A stretch of DNA of 64,000 bases from Okamejei kenojei (GCA_035221665.1 CM069145.1:16306001-16370000); one strand, 5' to 3'; counted from the stretch's first letter, positions 12,650 through 26,654 are shown. Made by a program: numbers and translations. Notes: a model not told the origin generated them from the letters alone.

Positions 12650-13070
12650 GGTTTGTGCTGAGATAAGGAGGCTGTTGAGGGTGCCAGTCAGTTAAAATAT
12701 GCAGGCAAAGGTGGATGGTGAAGATCTGATAAGTTGCCAAGGAGTAGGGCCTGGTGACAGGTTAATGAGGATGGGTCACGGCAGGGTAATATCAGACCTA
12801 ATATGATGGGCAGATTTTGGTAACTGGAGAGTTGAAACCATAGGGGATTGGTTGGTTGGTAGTTGACATTAGGAGTTGTCATAGGTAAGATTGATGATAG
12901 CAGAGAAGGGAAGCATTTAGTGTCATGTGGAGGAGATAACCCAAACAATGGTTGTTATATACAGAACTTTACTTGGCTTCCAAATCCAGTGATGCATGAT
13001 TAAAACAGCTGATGGTTGCTCTCTAGACAAGATTGGTTTAATATATTGAGTGATATTCCTAAAGGAGTGC
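12650..13070 (-). mobile_element. Possible old Penelope-like coding remnant
   Basis: Frameshifted minus-strand peptides (YQPTN; SPGPTP) loosely resemble the PLE RT-endonuclease linker. Confidence 0.3.
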
Positions 13071-13284
13071 TTCGTGGAGACTAATGTCATCCCATTTGAG
13101 AAGAAGGGTTTCGACCCTGAAATTGTTTCACAAGAGAATATCCTGGGAAGTTCCCCAATCAAACTTCCAGAATGACACAAACCAACCAGAAAATTGACGT
13201 TAAAGCCAATTATCAATGTAGTATTATGTGACTGAAGGAATCAGGACTGGAAATTTTAACCAACCAAAGCCTGGAGAAGCCTTA

Positions 13285-13860
13285 CGCCCCTGTCCCATTT
13301 TCACGACCTAATTGGCGACCTCTGCCGAGTTTGCCCTTGACTCATACTCGCAGCATGGTCGCCAAGAGGTCGTAGGAGATCGTAGGAGGTGTTCATAACT
13401 CTTCCTCATGCTCGTGAGTGGTCTCCGTGTACTCATGGCCTCGAGTAGGTCGCGGCGTTTTTTCCAGCCTGATGAAAAATGTCCACGAGTTTAAAAAAAA
13501 GGTCGGCATGGAAATAATTGACACTTTTTACTCGTAGGTAGGTCGTAGTAGGTTGCAATGGTAGTCGTAGATAGTCGTAGATAGTCGTAGGTCAGTAACT
13601 GGCCCTAGAAAAAAATGCAAACATTACATCATTTTATCATGTGATCATTTTCCACTCGTAGCTAGTCGTAGTGAGTCTTAGGTGTGGAAGACTGAGGTCG
13701 AGGGGGGTCGTAGGAGGTCGTAGACATAGTCGTAGGAGGTCGTAAACATAGTCGTAGGAGGTCTTTTACTTCTGCGAGTCAACACGACCTTGACATTTTT
13801 TTCAACTCGTTTAGGGTCTTCTAAACATGTGGATTATGTCGTCCAAGTGGGACAGGACCT
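13285..13860. mobile_element. Non-autonomous DNA transposon (PIF/Harbinger-like MITE)
   Basis: TIRs cgcccctgtcccattt / aagtgggacaggacct; flanks tta/tca (degenerate TWA TSD); internal TCGTAG repeats. Confidence 0.7.
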
Positions 13861-13899
13861 TCAGGTAACTGGAGAATTGGAACCATAGGAGATTGGTTT

Positions 13900-13993
13900 T
13901 GTCTGAAGAAGGGTCTTGACCCAAAATGTCACCTATTCCTTTTCTCCAAAGATATTGCCTGGCCCACTGAGTTACTTCAAATTTGTGTGTCTA
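13900..13993 (+). mobile_element. Short Penelope-derived element, decayed hammerhead-like core
   Basis: gtCTGAAGAagggtcttgacccAAAATGTCacctattcc...gagttacttc. Confidence 0.75.
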
Positions 13994-14379
13994 AAGTCTG
14001 GTCAACGATGAGTATTATCAGCATTAAACAAGGCCATATTCTTGCCTCATTTTTAATTCTGAAATTGCATTTGTTTTGTATTTCAAAGTCATGAACCTTT
14101 GATACATTATTTTGCTTCATTACATGTTTGTTTAAAAAAAACCCCATCTACTTGAGTTTGAGTGGAATGTTTAATTTTTTTGTCTACTCTATCCTGTAGC
14201 TTGGGAGACTGCAGAGATATTCAGAGATTAATTATAGCCAGCACTCTGATTTTCTTTGAGAGATAAATATTTGAAATTTAAAACATGAATCATACATATG
14301 CTGTGAACCTTTTCTAGAAAACACAAGTCTTCATTTTGAATGGAAGCAGGAGAGATCCAAGGAGACCTGAAGGGTTCAC

Positions 14380-15060
14380 ATGCAAAGATGATTAAAATGT
14401 CAGACACAAGTATAGAAAATAATAAGGCTATTGGAATCCTCATTATGCCTCATAGACAGGAGTACGAATGAGTAGACGTCATGCCCCAAAAATATCTGGG
14501 TCTGGTTAGACCACATCTGGAATACCTTGAGAAACTCTGGAGGTCACCTAGTAGGAAGGATGCAATGGTATTGTGCAAGGTGTGCCATGGGTTAAATTTT
14601 GAGGCGAAGCTGCATAAACTGGGGTTATGTTTCATTGAATCTATAATGTTTTGGGCTGACTGGCTGAAATTTCAAGATAATAAGGCGTAATGATGGATTG
14701 AGAGAACCTATTTCCACGGGCTTGGAGATTAATAATAGAGGCCGCCGTCATGAAAGAAAGAACAAATATAAAAGAGGGAAGAAAGTTTAAAAAAAGTAAA
14801 GGGAATAGAGTAGCTAACATAAATCCTTTAGAGGGTGAGACAGGGGAATTGAGAATTGGAAAGAGAGAAATGGCAGAGGTTTCAAGTAATTATTTTCCAT
14901 TGTATGGTAGAAAACACAAAAAGACATTCCAATAAAAGTAGGTAATCAAGGGGCTATGGGAAGGGAGGAACTTGAAATAATCTCTATTGCCAGAAAAATG
15001 GTGCACTGAAAATAATGAGGCTGAAGGCTGACATGTTCCCCAGATATGTTGGCCTGCTTT
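14380..15060 (+). mobile_element. Old CR1-like fragments
   Basis: Peptides YLGLVRPHLEY and INPLEGETGELRIGKREMAEVSSNYF. Confidence 0.7.
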
Positions 15061-15320
15061 CCAGAGCAATGATTATTCCTCACTCCATGAAACATGAAAC
15101 AAAGATGTTCGATGTTGTGTGGGAGCTTCCTGCGCACAAACTGTCTGTCTTGTTTCCTGCAGAGGCGCAGAAACTGCAGTCCAAAAACACTTCAGCCAGG
15201 TTCAGCTAACACCACCCTCTTCTGCTTGGCTGAAAATACTTCTTTATTGAATAGTTTTTCCTGAATTCCATTCAATTTTTCCAAATAAAAGCTATGGTAA
15301 CCCATACAGTTTGCAATACA

Positions 15321-15406
15321 ATCCCGGTTGCCAAGCATTTTAACTCCACTTCCCATTCCCATATTGACCTTTCTGTCCTGGGCCTCTTCCACTGTTAGAG
15401 GCCAAC
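15321..15406 (+). mobile_element. Penelope-like element, GIY-YIG endonuclease C-terminal region (left part)
   Basis: Translates [25 protein letters not shown]; continues at 16401 after the CR1 insertion. Confidence 0.75.
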
Positions 15407-16400
15407 ACTAGTGGGGTACCACAAGGCTTGGTGCTGGGACCGCAGCTATTTACAATATACATTAATGATTTAGATGAAGGGATTAAAAGTAACATTTGCA
15501 AATTTGCAGATGACACAAAGCTGTGTGGCAGTGTGAACTGTGAGGAGGATGCTATGAGGATGTAGGGTGACTTGGTCAGGTTGAGTAAGAGGGCAGATGC
15601 AAGGCAGATGCAATTTAATGTGGATAAATGTGTGGTTATCCACTTTGATGGCAAGAACAGGAAGGCAGATTATTATCTGAATGGTGGCAGGTTAGGAAAA
15701 GGGGAAGTACAACGAGATTTGGGTGTCCTTGTACATCAGTCACAGAGTAAGCATGCAGGTACAGCAGGCAGTGACGAAAGCTAATGGCGTGTTGGCCTTC
15801 ATAAGAAGAGGAGTTGAGTATAGGAACAAAGAGGTCCTTCTGCAGTTGTACAGGGCCCCGGTGAGACCACACCTGGAGTATTGTGTGCAGTTTTGGTTTC
15901 CACATTTGAGGAAGGACATTCTTGCTATTGAGGGAATGCGGCCTAGGTTCACAAGGTTAATTTGTGGGATGGCGGGACTGTCATATGTTTAACGAATGGA
16001 GCGATTGGGCTTCTATACACTGAAATTTAGAAGGATGAGAGGGAATCTTATTGAAACATCTGCGATTATTAAGGAATTGGACACGCTGGAAGCAGGAAAC
16101 ATGTTCTCGATGTTGGGGGAGTCCAGAACTAGGGGTCACAGTTTAAGAATGAGGGGCTGCCATTTAGAACGGAGATGAGGAAACACTTTTAAACCTAGGG
16201 AGTTGTGAATGTGTGGAATTCTCTGCCTCAGACGTCAGTGGAGGCGGATTCGCTGGATGCTTTAAAGAGAGATTTAGTAAGGGATATGGGGAGAAGGCAG
16301 GAATGGGGTACAGATTGTGGATGATCAGTCATGATCACTGCCTCAAAGGGCTGAATGGCCTACTTCTGCATCTATTGTCTATTGTCTATTATCTATTGTC
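15407..16400 (+). mobile_element. 5'-truncated CR1 LINE with intact 3' tail
   Basis: [64 protein letters not shown]; (ctattgt)n tail. Confidence 0.92.
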
Positions 16401-16820
16401 ACACGCAAATTGAAGGAACAGCACCTTATATTTCACTTGGGCAGCTTACAACCCAGTGTTATGTATATTGATTTATCTAATTTCGTAACCCTGGCATTCG
16501 CTCTCTCTCTGTCGCTCCTCTGCCCTAGCCATCTTGCTAGTTTCACCATACGTGTCCCTTCATTATCACCTCTTCCACAGCCAACAATCGATCATTGTGT
16601 GCTCCACCTTTCCATGGTCATTGGTGTTGGCCCTGATTTGTTCTGTACCTTTTCATGTCTCTAGTTTCCCTCTCCCCCGACTCTCAGAATGAAGATGGAT
16701 CTCAAACTGAAATGTCAGTTATTCCTTTCCTCCAGAGATGCTGCCTGTCCTGCTGAGTTACTCCAGCATTTTGTGTCTATCTTTGGTGTAAACCATCATC
16801 TGCATTTCCCTCCTACACAG
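16401..16820 (+). mobile_element. Penelope-like element 3' end (right part)
   Basis: TRKLKEQHLIFHLGSLQPSVMYIDLSNF, then a 3' region with a decayed hammerhead-like core (about 16688-16716) and family body gatgctgcctgtcctgctgagttactccagc. Confidence 0.8.
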
Positions 16821-17639
16821 TTCCTAACTTTGTTGTTATCTTGTGGTATATCTGGGGATTTCATTCGTCCTGACTTACACAAGTCCCCTACTTGGATAAT
16901 TCTTCTAGTTCATTAAGGACTGATTCACGGGCACTTTCTTCTCTTAGTTTCATTAGGAACTTTTGTTAACTTTCCTTCTTATATCCATCCCTCCTTTATT
17001 TTCCATGTGGAACATCCCTAACTCTTCCATTACTTAATTACTTTCCCATTTGTGACCACCAGAGTGTTGGTGAAATGCCATTGGACTGATACATTAACCC
17101 CATCCACAAAACCTGTCTAAGTGTTACCAGCTTTCTCTATGTTTTGTTTATTACAATGCAGACTAATCTCTGCACTGCCCGAGCAATCTGGCTGAACCTG
17201 AGGTTGCATTGAAAGTCTAAAGAAACGATGATATCACTCAGGACAACTACATCTGTCAGGGAAAAATTAGCTCCCGTCTGGGTGGATTCAAAACTTGGAT
17301 CCCAGAGCTGAAAGGACAACACTTACACTCCTTTCCACCCACTCCCCAAGGTAGGTGATTTCAAAAATCTGGATTACCACAGACTCCAGAGTATCTTCAC
17401 TGCACTGTCATGACATGTAGAAAGTAATATGCTGCAGAATCATAGTCACAGAGTGATACAGTTCAGAACCAGGCAATTTGGCTACAAAGCAGTACTGTCC
17501 ATCAAGCACCCAATGGTACTCAACTATTTCCTTCAACCAGAATATATATTGATATATGGGTAGAATATGCGATCGTGTGAACTCCAGTACAGAGTATAAC
17601 GAAAGCTAACTTTTAATTTAATTTATTTATAAGATAAAC

Positions 17640-17792
17640 TCCACCAAGGAGGACCCGGCGTGGGAGAACCTCCATGAAGGGGGGGTGGGGAGGGGAGATC
17701 AAGGAGGACCTGAAGCAGGATTTGGTCGGCGTCCTTTATGTGACTTGTCACATGTGACAATAAAGTATTCATTCATTCATTCATTCATTTCA
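17640..17792 (+). mobile_element. Non-LTR retroelement 3' end with (TTCA)n tail
   Basis: gtgacaataaagtattcattcattcattcattca: polyA signal followed by a tandem tail. Confidence 0.55.
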
Positions 17793-17924
17793 TAGTGAAC
17801 CATGACTGTAATTGGGAGTTTGGTTATCTGGGGATGGGGGGAGGGAGGGGGGTGGGAGTTTAAAGTGGTCAGCTGTATCAGTAGCCCTCTATGTAAGAGG
17901 TCTCCCCCAATGTTAGCAAGGGCA

Positions 17925-18440
17925 AAGGAGATTATGATCGACCAGGAAGGGATGTAGTGCACTCACATCAGTATACATTGATGACACTGAAATAAAGAGG
18001 CAATAAATATCACCAGCAGTATATCCTGGGCCAGCTACATCAAAGCAAAGGCTGATAAAGCACACCAACATCTATACTAATTTAGAATGCTTAGGAAGTT
18101 TGGCATGGCCCCCAAAAACTCTCACAAACTTGTAAAGAAACGCCATGGAAAGCATTTTATCAGGATGCATCACAGCAAGGTTTGGGAACAGCTCCTTCCA
18201 AGACTGCTGGAAATTGCAGAGAATTGTGAATCAGGCAAGAGATACAAAAGATTAAAATTGCACATCTCCAGATTTAGGGACAGTTTCTTCCCAGCTGTTA
18301 TCAGGCAACTGAACCATCCTCTCTCCATCCTTGATTGTAATTATGTAGAGTCTTTTCGCTGACCCGATAACAAGCCACAAAAAGTTTCTCACTGCACCTC
18401 ATTACACATGACAATAACAAACCAAACTAAGCTAAACTAT
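17925..18440 (+). mobile_element. Rex1/Babar-like 3' portion
   Basis: KAHQHLY..RMLRKFGM and SGKRYKRLKLHISRFRDSFFPAVIRQLN; aaactaagctaaac tail. Confidence 0.8.
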
Positions 18441-18749
18441 GAGTTGCATTCACAATGCTCCTTTCAGTTTCAGATGATCAAATATAAACAAGAATATTAT
18501 GCACAATATTATGTCATGGGAGGAGGTCACCTAATGGACAGAGGAAAAGATTTAAGGATGTGATGTGCTGAAAGACAATATCTGCACTGACACTTGAGAA
18601 AGTCTAGTCCAGGAGTGGAGTAGAAGCACTCAGAATGGTATTGAGAACTTTGAGGACACATATTAGGAGCATGCAGAGCCTCAAGCAGAAGATAGTGTGG
18701 TTACCCATCTACCCATCTTATCAGGTGCTGCTTGCCCCATTGGTGGAAG

Positions 18750-19108
18750 TCTGCAATGAGGCCCAGTGCAGGTTGGAGGAACAGCACCTCATATCTCGCT
18801 TGGGCTTGCTCTCCCTCTCTCTCCATCCCTTCCCCTTCCCGGTTCTCCGGCCAGTCTGACTGTCCCTCTGATTACATTGTATCTCGTTTGCTTTGTTGTC
18901 ACCGTCTCCGAGCTAACAATGTCTATTCTACATTTTCCTTCATCTGCAACTCTTTTGATCTCTTACACTTCCTTACCTCTGTAACTCCCTCTCTCCTGAT
19001 GCTCAGTTTGAAGTAGGGCCTCGACCAAAATCTCACCCATTTCTTCTATCCAGAGATGCTGCTTGTTACTGAGTACTCCAGCATTTTGTGTCTATCTGCA
19101 GTTCCCAC
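18750..19108 (+). mobile_element. Penelope-like 3' end
   Basis: CNEAQCRLEEQHLISRLG, then a decayed core (tttgaagtagggcctcgaccaaaatctc) and family body. Confidence 0.75.
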
Positions 19109-22100
19109 ATTGGTCTCACCTGCCACCATGGAACCCACTGACCAGAGATATGTTCTAATCTCCAGGGACTGCTTAAGAAGGTGACCTCTAGTTCGTTATC
19201 ATCAATATAATACATTTGTTTTTGTTTTCCTTGGAAGGCAAGTGATGTGGTGTTTTGAAGCTAGAAACATGCAAACTACTATGGTGCTCTGTCCTTGATA
19301 GCTTTTAGGTTGTTGATGAAAACAACCACACTTATGCTATTGCTGCAGGACTTGGTTTGATAAATCGTGGCACCATATGTAAACATATCAATTTCAAAAG
19401 TACACTAATGTTCAATGCCATTTACAACGACCAAGAACAAGGTCGGTCTGAACACATTGCCTGGAGCTACTCTAGAATTGACCTTCCCCACTGAAGGCAC
19501 ATGCTCAACTAAGACAACACTCTGGAGCTGGACAGCCAGCAGGCTTTTAGCTCTACATTCCTGAAACTTTGCCATTAGATCCTGGTACTGCACTCAATCA
19601 AAACTACAACCAATATCAGCAGACCTAAGTGGGTTTTAGATTCAGAACTGATATATTAATGTTGTGAGGGGTTATCTGCATCTACAATTTCTTGTTAAAT
19701 CTGAGTTATTATATAAATGATTGGCTGTATCACTTAGTTCATTATTAATGTATATAAATATTTTCATTTGTGAACACCATTGTCTTCTGCAGCTTTCATA
19801 CATAAATTAATAAATACCGTTGTGTTGTACATATTTTTGATACAGATGTGAAGAACAACTATATATTGCCTATTATCTATGGACAACTGCCTTTTATTTG
19901 TTCACAAGTCAATTATGTTATTGTTTTGATCCTCTAAATCTGACACCAGGCAAATTTATATTTCTGTACTCCTAATTAGCCAATAATCCTTAAGGATTTG
20001 AATGATTCATAGCCCAAATTATTTATTTATTCACTAAATGTGAATTCCATCTCCTCCAATGCACACACGCACTCCCACTGCCCACATTCACAAGTACATA
20101 GATGCACGTGTTCACTCATTCATACACATGCATATGCCCACACCCACACACGCCACACAATCGGATAAAGAAGTCTTGAACAATAGCCCAAGAAATCGTA
20201 ATACTGATTGTGCTCCTATAATGGACGCTGATATCATTGATATCAAAGAATTTTATAAAGATACAAATCCTTATTAATGATAAAAGGATGTATTAAAGTT
20301 TGACGGGATATTAATTTAAATGCAAAGTCAGTTTTCCATCTAACTTGGTAATGCATAAATGAATGCACCCTCTGAAAATTCTATAGAAACATTTTATCTC
20401 TGAAAAGTATAGTGTATTTATTATAATTTGAATATAATCATTGGTAAGCTTTGATCCTTTGTTTTATGCTGTATTCCATCTCTGTTGTATGCGATTGAGA
20501 CAATAGTACAATTCATTTGATGATTCCATTAATTCAAATATATCACTGAAATAATTAAAACAAGGAAACTTAAAATTAAACGTTGATTGATAATTACTCA
20601 GTCTGTAATCTTATTCATACGTTCCAATGTATGGTGTGGATCATGACCTTCATACAAACAGTATTTATAATATTAAATAAAGTGATGTATTAGTATTAGG
20701 GCACAGCTTTCATCTGAAAAGGAAATCCAGGCATGCTAAATGAGTGTGGCGAGTTGGTGTGATATTATTCATATGGTGAACTGACACAAACCGATAATTA
20801 AACATTCTACACACTATTACATTTTTTATTATCTTGACAAGCAATGCAACAATTAGTAGCCACTCTATGCATCCAAATGTATTTTGTGTCATACTTAAAA
20901 ATAAGCTTGTGAGAAAAATCTGTAATAAACATTCTTTTGAGTTTTGCAATTATTATTGTATTTCTTTATGACTCTATAACTCTTTGTCTATGACTCTTAT
21001 TGCAATTTATACATCATGATTGACCATGGTTTAGTAGTTTAAAATATTCATTATTTCTCTCTCAAAGTCATTGTGTTTTTCACCCTTTCTGCAAACTATC
21101 ATCTTTTGGTCTCATGAAATGTTCATCTGTCTTCACTTTATCAGCTCTGGCCCAGGACTCCAGTAAAGTCTGGGACACATGTGTGAGCAACCATTTTAAC
21201 TTTGCTTCTTGTGTGACTTGGTCAATTGGTCCTCCTGTTAAAATGGAAAATAAATTGAAAAGAATGTCAGAGATTTTTTTATTCCACAGGTACTAAACCT
21301 TAGACAGGGGTGAGGCTAATACCGAAAAAAAAAAAAATCAGGAGATGTTAATTGCTCTGTTGGTGAAATAAACCACATGTTATAAAAGTACAGTTCATGT
21401 CCTTTGTCTAAAATCTAGTTATAATGTTGACTATGTTTTTTTTAATTTTTTATAATGATTCCAAGATGTTACTTGGAATGGGTGACAAACCTCTCAATCC
21501 CAAATTCCAATCCACTTTATTAATTACTGGTTTTGTTTCCAAGCCTCAAGCCTGGCCAATCCAAGGTAGGGTGTTGTCCTTTACAACCAATGTATATTTC
21601 TTATCAGACACATACTTGGAACTTAATCTTAAATATGTTTGGACGTGAATAGATTCTCATCCATTGTTTTATGCTGGCACATACTTTCTGCATAGGATTG
21701 AATTGAATGCAATGAACAACAGACCTAATAACTCGACAGATGTTGTTGCTCCAAATTTCGTTTTTGCTAGATTGAAGGAGGTTGATTATGTGTAATGAAA
21801 CAGCACATGTAAGATTATTTTTAAATGTTGTAGGAAAAATCAAATCGAAAAGAAAAAATGCACTCTTCACTTGTTCTGATTTGCAACCATTGGCAATAAG
21901 GTCCAGTTTAGGTTCAGGAATGGGGTATCAGTATTGTCAATGATAATAGTACGCACACCACCCATTCTGCGTCCACTGGCCCAGTGTATCAGAATTCCAA
22001 ATTGTACAATACAGGGGAATACAAACATCGTCATAAATTCCACTACTTGGACTGATATTCAATTCATTTTGCATGAAGCCGCACCTTCTTGCAGCTAGCT

Positions 22101-25100
22101 GTGCACCAGTATAGATAACTGCCAAAATGCCTGGTTGTACACTATTACGATTAATTTTGCACTACAGTGCTCGACTATGCACTGATTCAGCAAGTGGTGT
22201 GCCATTGCAGCTAACTGCTCTGTTGTTGGAAGGGGATCATTTGTTTACAAATGCTGAAATAAATTTGAAAGGCTGACTATTATCTTCATCCTGTTTGTAT
22301 GGATGATACTGGTTTATCTCATGCATTTTTCAGTGTAAACCTTGACTGAGTCAATAAACATTTCCAAATGAATATTGCTGTCATTATTGTACAATTCATT
22401 AAATAACTGTTGCTTCTTAACTTTATCAAAATACAATTCAAGCAATTTCCCACAGTTTGAAAGCCAGACACATCAATCAGATTATTTTATTTATGATGCC
22501 TCACTCTTGCTGAACTAATCAAATTCATGAATGAAACTATTTTAACCTATTAAATACATTACTCTGAAGATACACTGTAAGTCAATGATGTTAGAGATGT
22601 CATAATACCTGTGTCACCAGATACATAGCACATTTATGGTTATAGTCCTATACAGTTTGATGGATTTTTATATTCTTCCCAAGTCAAGATTTTACACAGC
22701 CAGGTTTATTATTTAGTAATTTACAGTGCAGTCAGGCATGTTTGGTTTAATGTAGGATAAACTTATAAATCTATTGTCCCTCCAGTGACTGGGGCTGGTG
22801 TGCAATGAACTAGCTTGATGCTTATACATTTCAGCCAAGCTTATTTCTTTGATGGGGAAGAAGGCAATAGATAACACAGTGACAGTGGTGTCCCAAGGGA
22901 CAGCAAAATGTGAGAGCAACACAGACTCAGGTTAGTAGGTCATTATTGTATGAGCAGTGAGCCATTAATTGACTACTGTACTGGGCTCAATCTGTGTCAG
23001 ATTATGGCCTTCGGCTATAAAGGCTCGGTCTAATAGCAGACTAAGGTTTCTTCAGTATCATTTTGTTTGTCTACTCAGTGATGCAGGGTAAATGTTACTT
23101 TGTACAAGTTTATAATCCCAAAATATACGTGATGAGTGAGTTTCGAAAGTGCATGTACATATAACATCTACTGACACTCCTGCCATTAAGATAATTGTGG
23201 ATAATACCTATTTTTAAATTGGCTTTGATTAGATAATAAACTGGCGGGCTGAATAATAAATACATATTTTATTTGTGTACTTTGAAAATAAATTTGTTGT
23301 ATTTATATTTACAGATTCATAGACAAATTGTGCTGATCATAAAAAAACCAATGAAAGCCACACTATCTCATTTATTAAAAAAAAAACAAATGAGGTAAAA
23401 AAACATATAATCATGATATTTGTAAATTCAGATGTAGCCTCAATTATTTTTGGTCAAATGTAAAAACAAACGGTTCAATGGTCACCTTGCACGCGTCAAA
23501 GGTTCCACGGTGACATTGGGTAATCTGGTAATTGTAATCAATACGGAGTTGCTAGCTGCTTAATTGGTCCAATAATTTGAATCCTGTTTATTTTCTTTGT
23601 TGGTCTTTTACCATTTATATACAAGCAAAGATAATATATGTTTTGCTTGATTGAAAACCATCCCACATTGTTTGCTTTTTCTTGCAAAGATAACTACAGC
23701 CCAAAATGGAGGATGATATTCAAAGCAAGATTCAATATCGATAATTTAATTGGCCCTGGAACAAGAAAGTAATGATCAGGTGAGTTAAATGCTGCAATGT
23801 TAGTGTTATTATTAAAAATAATAGTCCTCACTATAGTCATGGTTACCTTATTCTGATTATTAAAAACAAAGCATGTAGTCCTATAATTTGCAGAACATGA
23901 CTTTAGAAATGTAGAGATTAATTATATATTTCATTCTTCTTCCTTTCCCAGTTCATAAGACCCCGTGAAAGCTGGTTGTGGGATTTTATGTTGGTTTCTC
24001 TGCTTCATTTAGCTTCTTTTCTCTTAGGAAAACACATTATGATTTTGTACAAGAGTTGATCGATTTCTTAAGAGGTCTTATCTGATTGCTTTTATATTTT
24101 ATTGATTTTTCTGAATTAAGTTTTACAGCCCTCAATTATATCCTTGTACGATTGGTCAGAGCTATGAATGTGTACCGCAGAATTGCAGGGCTGTGTGATT
24201 GTGCCTGGCTAATAATCCCATTTTAATATATGACATTTTCCTTTTCATGAGATTATCTTACATATGCAGGCAGATCTTTTGAGTTTCCTGCCTTTGATAT
24301 AAACTCAAATCACACAAGCTCTTATTCACTATAGGGGCCACTATCATATGAGTATGACAGGCTGACAGAAGCATTTACTGTGGAATGTTGTGATCATCAG
24401 CTTCATTAGGAAAGCATTTAACAATCATAGAAGATGATTTTTATAAACCTGCTGTTCTGCTGACTGGGGGATACAGCTATCATAGCACAATTAAGTTTAA
24501 AATGGATTTTGAACACTGATGGCTAATATAATTCAACACTAGCAGTAGACTGTTGCATTATACAATCATTTATCATTTGGGGCAATATTCTGACAGTACT
24601 CAAATGTTAGGCCCTCGATTAAACTGTCTCTTCGCTGTAGCCTTTACCAACCAGCCCAATCTATTTCTTCAGGTGATGTTTAAGAATGTGTTTAAGACGA
24701 AAACAATTGGCTGAGGAGAAGTTTAATCAATTTATTAAACGAACTGTGCACTATAAGATATTTTTCTTATATAGTATATGTCTATCAAAGCTGTCATAAG
24801 TGACACTGTAAATGGCTGAATGCTTTATGGTGACTAGATAGCTAGCATTGTTCTAGGATTTTTTGAACCTGCTATGAATATAAATGTATGGTTGGAAGCT
24901 TTCCCGGGATGCCGGTGTACCTTTAATGCTATTTGTATGCAGTGCAGCATATTTGTGCTTCCTTCCTTCACAATGTTACAAAGTGGTAGTGTTATTTCAT
25001 ATCGCTAGAATTTTTATTATTTTTACATAACTGAAGTCTTTTGATCTGCATTTATTAAAGAAAGAGAGACACAAAAGCCTAACCCATTTTGACAGAAGTG

Positions 25101-26082
25101 CTGCAATATGTTCATTTTCTCTAGCTACAATTCAATATATTTATATTCAGAATCCTTTATCTAATAGTGGTTATTAGATTGTTTTGGCTACAGCTGAAAA
25201 GCAATATATCACTGAAAAATAATAGGTATGTCTTTTCGAGACTATGATATGATTTTCTTTGGCTCTAGTAGCATGAAAACCATGTCTTTCAATAATAAGA
25301 AGGTACTTCTGATGAACAAATTTTCTTGTCACTACTGACAACAACAGAGCTAATTTTTCTTACCTTTGTTACACGTGCACTATAGATTCAAAAGGTCATG
25401 TTGGTTCAAGTGACAGGCTCTACTTTTCACTGGTAACATGTAGGAGCGAGTTACAAGGCTGCTGCCCATTGAAGGGGCTCGGGTGACATCACAGGCTGCA
25501 AAGCTGAACTCTTGACATTGGATAAGTGATTTTTGGCATCTTGCGTTTGAGAAGGCAGCTTAAATATCTGCAGTTCTTGGTTTCATGCCTAAAACAACTA
25601 AAACAGGTACTGGCTTACCAGAGTAACTTTGCTGCACATGCTAAAGGTCACCAGCGGATTAAATGTGAATGCAAAAAGCAAGTCTTTGTGACATAAGCAA
25701 ATGGAAGATATCAATCATTGGCCTTGTGGAAGACCATACCAAAGCTGTCTTTCTTTCGATGAAGTGCCATATTCAGCACTTAATTGTTTTTTAACTCTTT
25801 GACCACTCAGTGCTTGCTTCTGCGATGTGTCTTTCACATGAAATGATCATCACACATATAGCATGGAGCAAAGAGTGCTCTGAGGAAGTTGTTTCTTCGC
25901 TGCCAAAGGAACATAAGCCAAAATAAACTACATGTTTGAATAACTTACGCAGTCTTTCTCATGAGTAAAATAATTTAAATCAGAGAGTGTTAGTGGTGCA
26001 AGGTTGTGTTTCTTGGAGAAGAGTTTAAAGACTAACCCAGAATCTCTACTATGGCACAAATTGTAAAGTTTTAAGAAGGTAA

Positions 26083-26640
26083 CAACATAAGCAGTAGGAG
26101 CAGGGGAAGGCCATTCAACCCCTTGAGCCTGCTCCACCATCCAAAACAACCATGGTTGAATACGATTTTCCCTCTCTGCCCTCCTATCCCTTGATTCCAT
26201 TAATATCTAGCAATCTAGCAATCTATACTTTGAATGCAATCAATGGCAAGGGCCCAAAAGTCATCTTCCTTTGAATTCAAAAGTTTCACCTTCCTTTGAA
26301 TGAAGACATTTTGTTTTATTTTAGACTCCTTGATTTGAGACTATGACCTCTTGTTCTAGATTCCTCAACGAGGGTAAATATTCTCCAACATCTACCCTGC
26401 TGAGCCTTCCAAGAATTGATGATATTTCAATGCTGTCATGTCACAATCTTATCAACTCTAACAGAATAGAAGCCTCGACTGTTCAATTCTTCTTCAAATA
26501 AAGGAACCATCTTCCAAGAAGTCAGTCTAATGACTCTTTACTGTACACTATTCTATTGTAAGTCCATCCTTTTTGGGACAAGGAGACAAAAACCTCTTCA
26601 CGGTATTCTCGGTGTAATCTCACTAAGTCTCTATACAATT
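26083..26640 (-). mobile_element. Old CR1-like 3' fragment
   Basis: gtaggagcaggggaaggccattcaaccccttgagcctgctcc is the reverse CR1 tail; decayed ORF2 follows. Confidence 0.75.
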
Positions 26641-26654
26641 GCAGCAAGATATTA

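Noticed and set aside
13360-13760. Regularly spaced short repeats that could suggest a CRISPR-like array
   Set aside because: Units are 6-10 bp with no unique spacers, lie inside a TIR-bounded MITE, and the DNA is eukaryotic.
21604-22125. Adjacent minus-strand ORFs in TE-poor DNA
   Set aside because: No recognisable domain, no convincing splice sites, and the frames do not join.
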